A stretch of DNA of 63,888 bases, filler included, from Lenisia limosa (taxonomy: Eukaryota > Protista > Breviatea), in assembly GCA_001655205.1 (NCBI GenBank). It is 13 parts of 13 records of this genome, joined end to end, with 100 filler letters (N's around TTAATTAATTAA, not from the genome) between each part and the next. Parts side by side here need not be neighbours in the genome. Positions count along the whole stretch, not along the records: positions 34,823 to 39,102 come from LPNZ01004480.1; positions 39,203 to 41,927 come from LPNZ01002400.1; positions 42,028 to 49,918 come from LPNZ01008800.1; 10 more parts are not named here. The stretch is one strand, 5' to 3'. Below are positions 35,040 to 48,600 of this stretch, one piece after another. The stretch's first letter is position 1. The number at the start of each line of letters is the position of its first letter. Made by a program: the position numbers and the translations under genes. The notes under the pieces were generated by a model. It did not search any database and was not told the DNA's origin. It was given only the letters and a program-made list of their open reading frames with translations.

Positions 35040-38000
35040 CTCTCACATCAAGATCGTCGCGCTGAAATGTAAGGAAAAAAAAGATAATCTGAAAGAAATG
35101 TAGAAGTGGAATGGTGACAATACGTATCATGCATACTATGATAAAACAATAAGTAGAGAGGGGAAATAAAAACAGGTTGTATTGCTGAAGCTGTCCAACT
35201 CATCACGCTTATAAGAGATATTGTTCTTTATCGAAATACCCTTACCCCATACTGCTATGATTTGCCTGGATTCCCCATACTGCTATGATTTGCCTGGATT
35301 CCCCATACTGCTATGATTTGCCTGGATTCGTCCGAGAAGGTGTGCAGCGCGTGGACAATCAGAAGAGCTACGTTCAACAGCTTTTCGAGTTAGAAAGAGA
35401 GTACCCTCTGTGAACTAACAGCATGTATTATCAAGCAAAGCGGGGGGGGGGGGGGNNNNNNNNNNNNNNNNNNNNNNNNNNNNNNNNNNNNNNNNNNNNN
35501 NNNNNNNNNNNNNNNNNNNNNNNNNNNNNNNNNNNNNNNNNNNNNNNNNNNNNNNNNNNNNNNNNNNNNNNNNNNNNNNNNNNNNNNNNNNNNNNNNNNN
35601 NNNNNNNNNNNNNNNNNNNNNNNNNNNNNNNNNNNNNNNNNNNNNNNNNCGTTGATAGACTTGAATACAAAGCAAAAAATAATTTAGCCTCTCCTACCGT
35701 TTTGATAAGATTGAGAATTGGCCGGCTAATATCGTCTGCGGATTAGTGGAAAGAATTAGAGGAAATAATAATATTATAAGAAAAATTACTCTGACTGATA
35801 AAGACGATTATTGTAACATGTAATTATGAAGATGAATGATTAATAAGTTATGTGTAACCCATATCCATCCACACCCCCCTTTACCGATAAGGCAGCCATG
35901 GATGATTTCTTTGAGGAACACCTGATGAGCCTCATCCACGTTACTGATGCAGGTGGCCTGTACGGTGACTTATAACACAAATGTCACAGTAAAACAACCA
36001 ATGATTGGAGGGGTAAAAAAGGCAACGATAGAAAGACTTCATAACCAATGACTGAGGTTTAAAACAACCAATGATTAGCGGTTGAAAACAACCAATGGTT
36101 GGAGGTATTAATATAGCAATGAGAAATAAAAAAGGTTGAACCTGGTCGAAAGCCATCCACACCATCACGCTTATAAGAGATATTGAATGATTGAAAAAAT
36201 GAATGAATAATAACAACAATGATTAGAGGTTTAAAATTAGCAATGAATTAGTGTATAACAACAATTGATAGAAGCAGTCAACTAAATTTTAGAATTACTA
36301 GATAGCAGTTGTTTGATCAAAACCCTCAAACCCCTCAAATGCCTCCCCTGTCAAAATCCACCCCTCCTTTCACACTTTACCCCCACCTTCTCAAACGCTT
36401 CAACGAATTTGACGCGTGCAGGGTCCAGAACACAGAACTTGAGATAGGTCTGCAGGGCTCGGATAAACTGGATCGCAGAGTATCGGAGGAATTGTGCTCT
36501 GAGGGTTGAGTGTAAAGGTTGAGTGATAGTTAAATAATAACAACTATGTAGATAAGATATAGCTAGTATATATCATATATTCCATACAAATCATGCTCAC
36601 GGTCCTATATTTAAACTCGTAATAAAGGACATATGAAAATAAATCGAGCATAAACTGAAAAAAAAAAATTACGCGAGCGCTCAACAATTCAACTTTCGCG
36701 ATCAAGTTTGCTGATCTTGCCAAAACAATGAAAATTTATGAAAAGTTCTTCTTTTTCTTTGTTTCCTTTCATAAATAAATAAAATGTGAATATCTCAGAA
36801 AACTGTTTTGAAGGGGAATAGCTGATTTGGCCACCGTAAATAATTAACGACATAATTTTGGTCCTTGAGCAATATTAATTCACCAAAGCGTGTACATAGT
36901 ACGAAATACCCCAATTATTTGCCTTACAATTCAGAGCACCCAACTTTCTGCTTGTAAATAATACTAATTCACCAATCATACTGGGTGGCAATGGGACGCA
37001 GGTTCTCATGGGTGGTGGTTGAACAGTTGTCATTCCAGCTACCAGCTAATTCCGACTGGAAGAAGTGAAGTGACATGAAATGAAGTGAAGGTTAACGGGG
37101 AAGGAATAAAGGCGACAAATGAAAGTGGGGGGGGGGGGGNNNNNNNNNNNNNNNNNNNNNNNNNNNNNNNNNNNNNNNNNNNNNNNNNNNNNNNNNNNNN
37201 NNNNNNNNNNNNNNAGTGACAAATGTAAGTTGGGGGAGAACGGAACGAATTAATGATATTGTCAGAGAAAAAATGATTCTCAAAGAAGACAAATCAATTG
37301 TAAAATGTTCCTCAACGAAGAAAACATTACGGGTGAAATGTGACTGAAAGGTGAAATGTGACTCTAAGAAGACAAATAATGAGTAAAACGATCCCCCAAG
37401 CACCTCAATGCGTTTAATGTTCCAGAGAGTGAGGAACGCTGTTTGGTACGTAGCCATACAGGACTGGTTGAGAATCATGCTAGGAGGGGAGGAGTAAAAC
37501 GAAGAAAATTTCGATGAAGAATATTGGCGTAAATGTATTAATCAAGAATCGAATAATCTGAAACTCCAAAACAAAAAACAAGAGCAACCAGATGACAAAA
37601 ACGCAAAAACAAAAACAAGCACGAGCTTTTGAAGAGTCCCTCCCACCACCGCTCGTAAAACGAAGGAAATTTGTTGGGGGTGAAACAGAATAAAAAGAAA
37701 CTGCGACAATGACTGTCGCCCCCTCTTAGGCCTCATACCCTCCCTGCTTTACATATCATCATTAGGGCTTCTCTACGGAAAAAGACCGGATAAATATCTA
37801 TATTAATAGAGGATTCATCGAGAGATTCAGTTGTTTTTTGGGAGCGTAAGGAAGCCCTAATCACCATAATCATTACTCTGCCCACCTGATAGCCGAGTCT
37901 TGTACGGCGTAATCAAGGGTGCAGACATCCCAGCCGGTTTCGTTGAGAGACGCCCCCAGAATCCGAATATCCAGGCTGTCAAAAGTCAATTTATTGTGTA

Positions 38001-38792
38001 TCCAAGCTGTGGAATGTAAATTTATTTAATAGCCAAGCTGTAGAATGTCTTTAATATCGGATAATATAGTGTCTTAAGACAGAAAGAACACTAAAAGACA
38101 AAACAAAAAATGTATCGTAATATTCTGATAAATGTTTAGGTCAACATTATGATACAATAACAGAAGTAACCCACGATTTGAGAACTTCTGGATGATCTCT
38201 TTTGGCCGAACTACTTTGGATGGAGTGCTCCTAAAAGGGGGTTATTAGGTGACAGATATGGGGGGTAGCTTGAGGGCATGATTATGGATTCAAATTGGTC
38301 GGAAAAAGAAAGATAAAACGTATCGAGAGATTCAGTCTATTTTCGGACCAAAGTGAACCACTGGCCACTTCGAGTAAACACAAGGAATGCAATTTTCCGA
38401 ACCGAAGTGAAGCCCTGCCCAGAACCCAAATACTACAAATACAAGACACTTACTTAATCATTCAGCAGTCAATAGTGATAAAGTGACTTAACCATTCAAC
38501 AGTCAATAGTGATAAAGTGACTTAACCATTCAGTCAATAGTGATATGTATACTCCCCACCAAAACAGCTGACTAAAAATATCTCTTTAATATTACTATTT
38601 TGTTTTTTTGTCTCGGATTGTGTTTCTTAAACGTTTCCCCAGCCCCCCACGAGAACAGTGGACAAATTATGGCGCACAACCCGGCTGGCATCAACGGAAA
38701 GATGGGGACGGGCGGCGGAGAGCAGCTGCTGTATAAAATCGCCCTTCTGGAGTACCATATAGTCCCACATTGCCGTCAGGTGCTCTTTCAGG
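35040..38792 (-). CDS. TUBGCP3: Gamma-tubulin complex component 3 (Spc98), C-terminal GRIP2 half (partial)
   Basis: EHLTAMWDYMVLQKGDFIQQLL..RHNLSTVL, ETGWDVCTLDY (GCP3 TGWDVFSLDY motif), YQTAFLTLWNIKRIE, FIRALQTYLKFCVL, VDEAHQVFLKEIIHGCL. Confidence 0.88.
35245..35328 (-). repeat. Perfect 28-bp x3 tandem repeat spanning an exon end and donor of TUBGCP3
   Basis: Minus-strand unit AATCCAGGCAAATCATAGCA|GTATGGGG. Confidence 0.88.
37763..37859. mobile_element. hAT-type MITE copy, variant-TIR subfamily, in a TUBGCP3 intron
   Basis: TAGGGCTTCTCTACGG..CGTAAGGAAGCCCTA; flanks ATCATCAT / ATCACCAT (7/8). Confidence 0.78.
38455..38545. repeat. ~34-bp tandem repeat (~3 units), intronic
   Basis: CTTAACCATTCAACAGTCAATAGTGATAAAGTGA repeated. 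Confidence 0.8.
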
Positions 38793-39223
38793 CTGAAGGG
38801 GGTGAGGGGTGGAAAGCTGGAGTGTAGACTGGAGGTGGTAGGGAGATGTACAAAGAAAAACAAATTATATCAATGATAGATTCAACATAATCAGAGCTGT
38901 GAAGCTCTAAAATATCGCCTTCATATGGATGAGGGGACAACGACACCAGCCAGACACAACCCCGTTCATTAACTCACATTGAAGCCAGCTTCAATAATTT
39001 TCATTCTATCAACAAAAGGAGGGGAAAACAAGGCAAAATAATTTATGAAGAAAATTGGGGCTTCTTAGAGCAGAGCTTTTTGTCTTCTAATTATTCTGAA
39101 GGNNNNNNNNNNNNNNNNNNNNNNNNNNNNNNNNNNNNNNNNNNNNTTAATTAATTAANNNNNNNNNNNNNNNNNNNNNNNNNNNNNNNNNNNNNNNNNN
39201 NNAGCATGTATGGCAGACCCCAC

Positions 39224-41850
39224 AGGACCAAGTAGCACCCAGTACAAGATGGAAATGGTGGAAGTTGGAGGTAAGGCCACACATTGTAGATTTAGGGTCT
39301 ATGATTATTAGGGCTTCACTTCAGTTGAAAAAGACCGGTGAAATATCGATAGTATTCGAGAATGAAATTATGGAGTTGAGATTTAGGCACTATGAGTTCT
39401 AAAAGTTGAGATCTAAGAACTATGATGATCTAAGAGTTGGGTATATGATAATTCTGATGGTCAATTGATTTAAGGGTTTTCCAAAGTCTCACCAACACAG
39501 GGGTGGAGCTGCTCCTAAACTGTCTTCGGATCCCAAAGGAAGAGTTCAACCGAATCTGTCCGCCAGCTCTTGATGATGCTCAAAGGACCAACATGACGTT
39601 TTTTGCCCTCTCTGTCAAGCTTCTCTGTGGGTTTTACATTCACCAGAATAGTATCTTTCATCTAAAATACGCATCAGTCTTATTATTTGGCGTGAGTTTA
39701 GCTCGAGACAGAAGATCTATCGAGAAATTTCGTCTTTTTTCGGACCAAAGTGTACTATATGGGGATTTGATAAATGACACGACACATCATTGAGCTCAAT
39801 TGTTCGTGGGTTGGTCATTGCCGGAAATTGTTAGTTGAACTCGTTTTTCATCAGGCATTGCAATGGTAGTCGTCCCCTTTAGCGTTATCTTAAGTTATTG
39901 AATAATTACAATTGTATTCTTCTTGCGTTTCCCTACAGTCTGTCTTAGATAGGACAAAAAAACCGATAACATACTCTTGATTCAAATGCAATTCCCTCTC
40001 TTTTTTGCAGCAAATCCAACCCCTATTTACAAGTCAGGCCAAGGCACCTTCGAAACAGACCGCCAGAAAATCGAAGCACATTTGAAGCTAGAGGATCGAT
40101 GCGCTGCCACTTTCATCAACATCTTCTGCATTATCAACGAGCTGTCCCTAAGTGTAAGCCGCGCCACTCTTCGTCTTGTTTTTTTTTTTTTTCGTTTTTG
40201 GTGGTTTAGCGTTTGATGTCTCCTTTCTTATCCCAGGCTGTTCCATTTCTCTTTACTTTCGCAGTCAATGGTTGCTCAAAAGATGTACCAACATGCACCA
40301 GATCTCGCATTGTCCATTCTGACCAAAATGGAAGGCAACTCAACCACTGCTGTAGGAACACAGTTATTGATAAATTCTCGAAAACTATCGGTATTTTACC
40401 GTATTTTTGGTAACGGGGTGACGTAGACACAGCTATTCGCTTTTTTTCGATATACCGTTTTTAAAAGTGATGGTGGTAAGTCTTGTTGACAGACAGTATC
40501 TGATTTTCCTTCATATACAGACTTTCCACGGTCAATGTATATGATAGAGTTAAAACACTGAAATCTGATTCTGCATATATTATGGTGTTTTTTCTGTATA
40601 TTAGTCCTTATTACTAACTCATATCACTCCCCTATACATCCCTTTGGTATGCTGGGGAGGCACGCAAAAAGCTGTGTGCACAGAGCTGTAAGACAAATGA
40701 TTGGGTGATTTAATATTATACTATAATCTAATAACAACCCAAAGCGTGATGGNNNNNNNNNNNNNNNNNNNNNNNNNNNNNNNNNNNNNNNNNNNNNNNN
40801 NNNNNNNNNNNNNNNNNNNNNNNNNNNNNNNNNNNNNNNNNNNNNNNNNNNNNNNNNNNNNNNNNNNNNNNNNNNNNNNNNNNNNNNNNNNNNNNNNNNN
40901 NNNNNNNNNNNNNNNNNNNNNNNNNNNNNNNNNNNNNNNNNNNNNNNNNNNNNNNNNNNNNNNNNNGTGAATAAAAGTTTTTTTAGAGCAGTGAGACCTT
41001 ATTATCTTCTCTCTAACACGTTGCAGAAGATTTCTGCCTTCAGATTTCGAGGATGTCCCTATTCCAGATTTCTCATTTTGCTGGCTTCCTTGCCAAAGTG
41101 GTATGCGCTATGATGGGTGTTGATAGGAGTAAGGGAGCCAGATAATTATGTACAATTTCTGTGTTAGACATTTCTTGTTTTAATTTTACTTTTCTCTTTT
41201 TTAGCAAATATGTTTTGCCAATAAATCCTCGATAAATATTGATATTTCACTGGTCTTTTTCGGAACGTTGGGAATCTTGTACCATTCGAGGCATGTATTA
41301 TCTCTTAGATAACACTCCCGGAAGAAATTGCGCGGATGGAAGGCAAATACCGTTTGTGGCTCTGGTAAACGTTATCTTTTTTTTCATCTTTTGCGTTGTT
41401 ATTCGAGAACACTCGGGATACAAAGGATGCCGAAAATTACATCCAAAATAATAGAATAGTTGTGGTTAGGGCTTCACTTCGGTTAGAAAAAACCTTTACA
41501 ATATCGAAAATTTTCGATGATTTATCAAGAAATTCAGTCTTTTTTCGAACCGAAGTGAAGCCCTAGTTGTGGTTGTGAACTTGACAGTTTAAGAGAAAGA
41601 AACAAGATGATATCATTTCAATTTTAATCTGTTCTAAAAAGACATTAGCAAGAATGTCCTAAAATATCGAATATGCTCGATAGTGTAATCAATCATCATT
41701 TTGGTTTGACATGTGTCATCATCGTTCATTACATTTTCAACCAGTGACAACTTTACAAAGAATATGACAAATCATGCTATTAGAGCCGTCAGAGAGACCG
41801 CCCCACTTCCCGCGCCATCGCCCAGTCAACGAATCCATTTGTGGGGAGGA
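39224..41850 (+). CDS. Hypothetical spliced gene fragment
   Basis: GT-AG exons VELLLNCLRIPKEEFNRICPPALDD, ANPTPIYKSGQGTFETDRQKIEAHLKLEDRCAATF and SMVAQKMYQHAPDLALSILTKME. Confidence 0.4.
41467..41565. mobile_element. hAT-type MITE copy
   Basis: TAGGGCTTCACTTCGGTT..AACCGAAGTGAAGCCCTA with a perfect 8-bp TSD GTTGTGGT (41459-41466, 41566-41573). Confidence 0.9.
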
Positions 41851-42192
41851 GTGATTATATGGTTATCTTGGGGGAGGGGGTGCGGCGCCGGCCAGCGTTT
41901 TATATTGAACCTGACCACTGGGTAGAGNNNNNNNNNNNNNNNNNNNNNNNNNNNNNNNNNNNNNNNNNNNNTTAATTAATTAANNNNNNNNNNNNNNNNN
42001 NNNNNNNNNNNNNNNNNNNNNNNNNNNAAAACTGTGTAATATATTTCAGATATAATTCGTACAAAATAGAAAATTTTTAAATACTCAGAGAATGTTGTTT
42101 TTTGTGAATCATATAAAGATATCATATGATGTAAAAAACCTTCTCTGAATGATGTTTTTGCACCCTTTTTTAAGGCTTAAATTAACCCATTC

Positions 42193-43960
42193 AGAGCACA
42201 CAGCATAGCAGCGGAACGGGCGGGTTTGGGAGGAAACACTACGGTGCCGCCGTTCGGCNNNNNNNNNNNNNNNNNNNNNNNNNNNNNNNNNNNNNNNNNN
42301 NNNNNNNNNNNNNNNNNNNNNNNNNNNNNNNNNNNNNNNNNNNNNNNNNNNNNNNNNNNNNNNNNNNNNNNNNNNNNNNNNNNNNAAATGGTCACAAACC
42401 TGTCATGCATCACACAGGCGTTTAATATGGTAATCCCCCCCCTCCCTATACCCCAGGATTGTTTTCTGTCTTGGGGCATTTTTCGTGTTTATTAGGATAC
42501 CAACAGAGTTGATTTTGGGTCTGCATAAACACCCTGCCAACACTCCTGTTTCGCACCCTCATTTCTCATGTTTTAACAAAGTTGATTTCGGGTTTGATGT
42601 TGGGAATTTTCCATGTTCCTCTCTCTCCACCCCTTCACACTGGTCNNNNNNNNNNNNNNNNNNNNNNNNNNNNNNNNNNNNNNNNNNNNNNNNNNNNNNN
42701 NNNNNNNNNNNNNNNNNNNNNNNNNNNNNNNNNNNNNNNNNNNNNNNNNNNNNNNNNNNNNNNNNNNNNNNNNNNNNNNNNNNNNNNNNNNNNNNNNNNN
42801 NNNNNNNNNNNNNNNNNNNNNNNNCACCGATTTGTAGCTTCAGCTCCCCCAGACTGAGGAGGGCTTGGCTCGCGGCCGGGCGTTTTTCCGTCTCATTAGT
42901 CATGGCGAAGTTGAAGCTCTGCGGGTGTTAAGGTGGAGGGGAGTTACAGTGACTGGAATAAGTCTTGACCTATTTACCTTGGGAAATCACTGAGCATATC
43001 GGTTGACTTCTCCTGGTAGTGTATATTAGTGTGTGTGGAGAAGGGGCAAGCTTAGAGTGTGGTGGGGGTTCTGTTTTTGTGTGGAGAGATGGCGAAGAGA
43101 TGGGGGAGTTGGGTGCGCTTGATATTAGTCAGTCCAACAGCAATCAGTATTGCTTTTTTATTATTATTTTTTTTTGTTTGTTGGTTTTTTTTTTTCTCCA
43201 CTTCTCTTCATTATCATCTTTCACCACATCCCCCCTATTCGGGATGCAATATTCAAATATATTATAATTTAAATAAATTTGGGGATGCAATGGTGACAAT
43301 ACAGTGAATACTATTACATTAATAAAACCAAGGTTGCAAATTTGACCTTATAGGATGGCTGAAACCGACTTCACCTACCCTGAGTTCCACTCGCTCTTCT
43401 GCCTCATTTCCAACTCCAAGGTGCGGGGGAGGGAGTGAGGGGGGGGGGGTAATTATGATNNNNNNNNNNNNNNNNNNNNNNNNNNNNNNNNNNNNNNNNN
43501 NNNNNNNNNNNNNNNNNNNNNNNNNNNNNNNNNNNNNNNNNNNNNNNNNNNNNNNNNNNNNNNNNNNNNNNNNNNNNNNNNGGGTTTTTGTTTTGTTTTT
43601 GTTTGTTTATTGATATGATTCTTGCGGTGCTGTTTTTTTTTAGAATGAGAAATATAAGGTTGTTCTGGCCGAAGCAATATACTCCACCAATATTGAAGTG
43701 TGGTGTTCATCGTTTTTGTTTGTTTGTGATTATTGTGATGCTGCCCTTTTCAAAATCAAAACCATTTCAATAAAATATTATTCTCTGTGTTCAGTTATTT
43801 TCGCTCCGAAGTGAAGCACAAGTGACGGGGTGTTAAAGGGGTATAAAGGGGGGCCCAATCATTTATTAGTACCATAGTATCCCGCTACTCCGTATTGACT
43901 CCTCAGACCCTCTCTCCGAAAATCAGCCAAGCCCTTTCAAACGCCTTTGGAGATGACTAG
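42193..43960 (+). CDS. Hypothetical gene, C-terminal exons
   Basis: LQLPQTEEGLARGRAFFRLISHGEVEALR|, MAETDFTYPEFHSLFCLISNSK| and TIVSRYSVLTPQTLSPKISQALSNAFGDD*, with G-rich donors. Confidence 0.45.
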
Positions 43961-45629
43961 CTCTTGTTGTTTTTCCCTGTTTCTTTCCACTGTTTTTTTT
44001 CTGCCATCGTGTTCGTTTTATTTAATTCCCTTGTCCAATTCCAGTTGGAGACATTAAGTATCATAGATCGTTTGTTCTGAACTTGCAAGGTTCTCGAGGA
44101 CAGTTTTTCTTCTTACGTTACATTAGTGGTATGGGAATTGAAAGACTTGCCCTCTGCTCCCATCTTCCCCAATAGTTTTATTAATTAAAAAATTATATTC
44201 TATTTTGTGCCGTTTTTTTTTGTTTTTCTCCTCTTTTGTTCTCGTAAATCATAGGGTCACAGCAGGACGGCCTGACTACAATTTATAATAATCAAAAATC
44301 AATCATAAAATCAGAACACTTGGCCGCCTAAACCTGAACACTGAAAAACGCTGTGGAAAAACGAGGAAGAAGAAAAATGAACGTTTCTATCAAAATCAAA
44401 GGAAATGAATAAAAAGTGTGGTGCCAGGTGAATCAATACAAATTAAAAATAATAAGCTGATAATAAGTGTCTTTTCAGCAGCAAGAAGGCAAGGAGACAA
44501 AAATACCCAAACCTATCAGTCAAAGCCCCGCAGAGCCCCGTTTCCCAAAAGTATAACACTGGTACAATAGCTAATTCTTTGCATTCTTCTCTTCTCCCAG
44601 CTTCTCCCCTCCTCTTTCTCCATCATTAATACCTCAACACATCAATAAATAGACACACTGCATAAATTGAATCATAAAAGTTCAAAAAGTCCGAACATCA
44701 ATTTTTTTGATAATAGCATCAGAGGATCATCCTTTTTACTGAGGGAAATACGATTCGCAGTTTGCTGGTATGTTATAGAATTAGTTTTATTCTTGATCTG
44801 GTGATAAAGGGTGCGGAAAGGAGGAAGTGATTCATCTCAGTGTGCATGTGTTCAGATCTTTGGGGTGCTTCAATTTTCTATTTGCAAATAATGGCTGTAG
44901 TTTATTCCACTATCGCAATTAAATATACAGTGTATCCCTTTTGATTTTCTAATTACGACATTAAAAATATATATAAAATGAAGATGTGCCAATTTCTCAT
45001 GATATTACCAGTGGGGGTACGGGGTTCATTGTGATACCTTTTTCCACATAATCAGGGTGCATTATGTCATTGTAGAGATGAGAAATAAAAAAAAAGGTTA
45101 TGTCTGGTGGTGGAAGCCGTCAATATCATCACGCTTAAACAAAATATTGGCTTAAGTTGATTCTTAATTCATCCATAATATGTCTGTTAATACAGTTTTC
45201 TCTGTACCCATAGTACGAGCTTTATACCATATCGTATGTAAAGATTAGAAATGTAATTAGGAGGATATAGCCTCGTACGAATTTATTTTTTAGAATAACT
45301 TATTTTTAAATTATTTTGTACAATTATTTCAGACTATGATATTAATTAAGTTCACACTATGAAATGAAATAAGGTCGTAGTGAATCAAAGCTACGAACTT
45401 ATTCTATACTATTGTTAAGGTATTCAGCTTATATGTATCCCTATTCCGTACGCTGTTGTGAACGTNNNNNNNNNNNNNNNNNNNNNNNNNNNNNNNNNNN
45501 NNNNNNNNNNNNNNNNNNNNNNNNNNNNNNNNNNNNNNNNNNNNNNNNNNNNNNNNNNNNNNNNNNNNNNNNNNNNNNNNNNNNNNNNNNNNNNNNNNNN
45601 NNNNNNNNNNNNNNNNNNNNNGGGCCGCG

Positions 45630-48600
45630 ATGGCGTGCCAAACAGGCCGGGCCTTCCCAGATCGCTTGATCAAACACAATATACTTATGGTGGGGTGGGG
45701 TGGAGTGGAGTGGGTCCCTTGCTCTTTTTTGATATATAATTTTCTTTTTCATCCTTCATTAATCCACATATTTGTGTTTTTATACTTTTTGTTTTTTCAG
45801 GGTTTTGTATTTTGTGTTTCCCCATTAAAAAATAGTATTTTACCCCTAAACCCCCACAAACACTTCGATTTTACCGTGGCTTTTATTATACCCCCGCCTG
45901 TTATCTTTGGGTATTTTCTCTCTTTTGTTTCCCGATTCAAAGTATTTCACTCCCCCCCCCCCTTTTTTTTTTTNNNNNNNNNNNNNNNNNNNNNNNNNNN
46001 NNNNNNNNNNNNNNNNNNNNNNNNNNNNNNNNNNNNNNNNNNNNNNNNNNGCTGCAGAAGCGACTGTCCTGGGTTTTGTTTGTTTTGCTGTGATCAATCG
46101 TGTGTTGTCAGCCAACAGAGTTGATTGCGCTTTTTCTTTGTTTCATAAATTTTCCAATTTACTCCCTCAGGGATGTGACTTCTTTTACCCGAACAATGGC
46201 GGAATTGAGAGTCACATTTACCATCTTGCGTACTGCCTCGCCTTAAGGGGGCATAAGGTGGGGGCAAATGTCTAGGTAAATTAATAAGGTTGATGGTGTG
46301 GATGGCTTCGGCTAGATACANNNNNNNNNNNNNNNNNNNNNNNNNNNNNNNNNNNNNNNNNNNNNNNNNNNNNNNNNNNNNNNNNNNNNNNNNNNNNNNN
46401 NNNNNNNNNNNNNNNNNNNNNNNNNNNNNNNNNNNNNNNNNNNNNNNNAAATATCGATTTTTTTGAGTATTGATCAAATAATAAAGTCCTTTTTCGGACC
46501 AGTGGAAGCGAATAAAGGGGGATATAAGGTTGAAATATGGGCTCATCTCTTTTTTAAAACTGGTTGTTCGTGTTTGTTATTGCTTGATTTTTGTTTAATC
46601 GAAGTTTAGAGTTTCAGATTATTCGTTTCATGATTAGTACCTTTACACCAATATTCTTCATCGAAATTTCCTTCGTTTTACCTCCTCCCCTCCCTCAGCT
46701 AGTAGTCCTCACCCATGCCTACAACGACAGGGTAGGAGTTCGCTATATCTCCGGAGGAATCAAGGTGTACTATCTACCCTTCCGTACGGGGGTGAGGAAG
46801 TTGTCATAACGAATAGGAGGGGTGGGGGTACTTTCATGATATACAAAATATCACGTATTACATTAATAAACGAAATAGTTTCATTCAAATTGATTCTTGA
46901 ATTGATTGTTATGGTGGACTCGGCCAGAATCTTCCCTTTTCCCTTTATTATTCCTGCTTAGTTGGTAATGATCCTTGTAGCTGTCCCCCCCTGGAACACA
47001 GTTATACCGTCTTTAGTCGGACATATGCCCCTCATCAGAAACGTGAGGCTTGTTTTTGCTTGTAGAGAAACGGCTGTTTATAACACTGACACTCGCATCA
47101 TTTTTTCTCATTTTGCTACATATGATAGGTTGTAAAAAATACTATCAAAGTAGTGTATATTTTTTGTATTTTGATATGTATGATGTTAGCTTTTATGGTT
47201 TCATAAGTCCAATTCAGGAATATGTACATGTACATATGATATTATATTTGTTTGAATTCTCTGTAATTCACCTCTCCCTCTCAGAAACTGTCACGGGCTT
47301 TTGTGTGTTTTAAAATAATCCTTGTAAATTTCTCAGCCAACAGAGTTGATCCCATGTTTTGTTATATTTCATCAGTCTTCCAATTTTACCATAAGTTTTC
47401 CAATTTTACTTCATCAATATTTTTCATCGAATTTGCTGACTCCAATTTTACTCTCCCCTCCCCCCCAGATTTTAGTCCGAGAGCAGATATCCATAGTACA
47501 CTGCCACCAGTCATTCTCAGCCCTCTCAATTGAACTCATTGCGATAGCCAGATCTTTCGGCGTGAAGTGGTTTGATGGGGTATTTATATATAGCAATGAG
47601 AAGTAAAAAAGAAGGATGTATCTAGCCGTCCACACCATCACGTATCAGAGATATGAGATTAAAGTATAATATTAATTCCTATTTGGGGGTGATGGTCACT
47701 TTTGCTTCCTACAGTTGAATCCTTTTTCTTTTTAGTGATCATTTCTTATTTTTGAGTTGTATTATTTCTTATTGTTTAGTGTATTTACGGACCATTCTCT
47801 CTGCGGTCTCGTGGATGTCGGAGGTATTTATATTAATAAGGTGGGGGATTTATGGCTAATTAGATAACTATATGATATATATATATATGTATATATAATT
47901 AAATAGTAAATTATCGATCCGAAAGTATATCTTCAATGGGAGAGCAGATAGTTTCAACTTCTTTTTTATGTCTCATCTCTAGCTTCTTTCTCGGTTTCAA
48001 CAATCAAGGATTTTTTGAGAATTCAGTCTTTTTGGAACCAAAGTGAAGCTCTATTTTTTACATAATATTATTACTCTCACACATTCAGCTGATTAAATTC
48101 ACCCTGTCTGACATTAGTCACGTGATATGCGCTTCACACACAAGGTGGGAGGTGCTTTTAGTTGGGTTATAATTTATTATGTCACTTTTTGGGTCATTTT
48201 CGCACGAGTACACTCTCTTTTTCCTCATCTCAAGATATGCTTCCTGTTGCATTGATTTCGTAGCTTTTCGGACTCATATGACACAAAAATCAACTCATCC
48301 CTTTTTTTTTGATTTCTTCAAAGACTCATTTATTTCCCGGCTTGATTCTACCTTTAGAAGTATTTTTCAAAACAATTTTCAACAATACGATACAAATTTG
48401 AATGAGGATTTATTGCCATTTTCATTTTCATTTCTGAAATAGTGAACAAATTGTTCCCTTTACGTTGATATTCCATTTCAAACTACCTCTTTTTTTTTGA
48501 ATTTCTGCATATTTACAGTAGAACCTTCACTAACTTCATCAAGAAATTTTCAACGCCTATTGTTCAATTGTTTTACCTAATTAGGTTTCAAAGAAATTTG

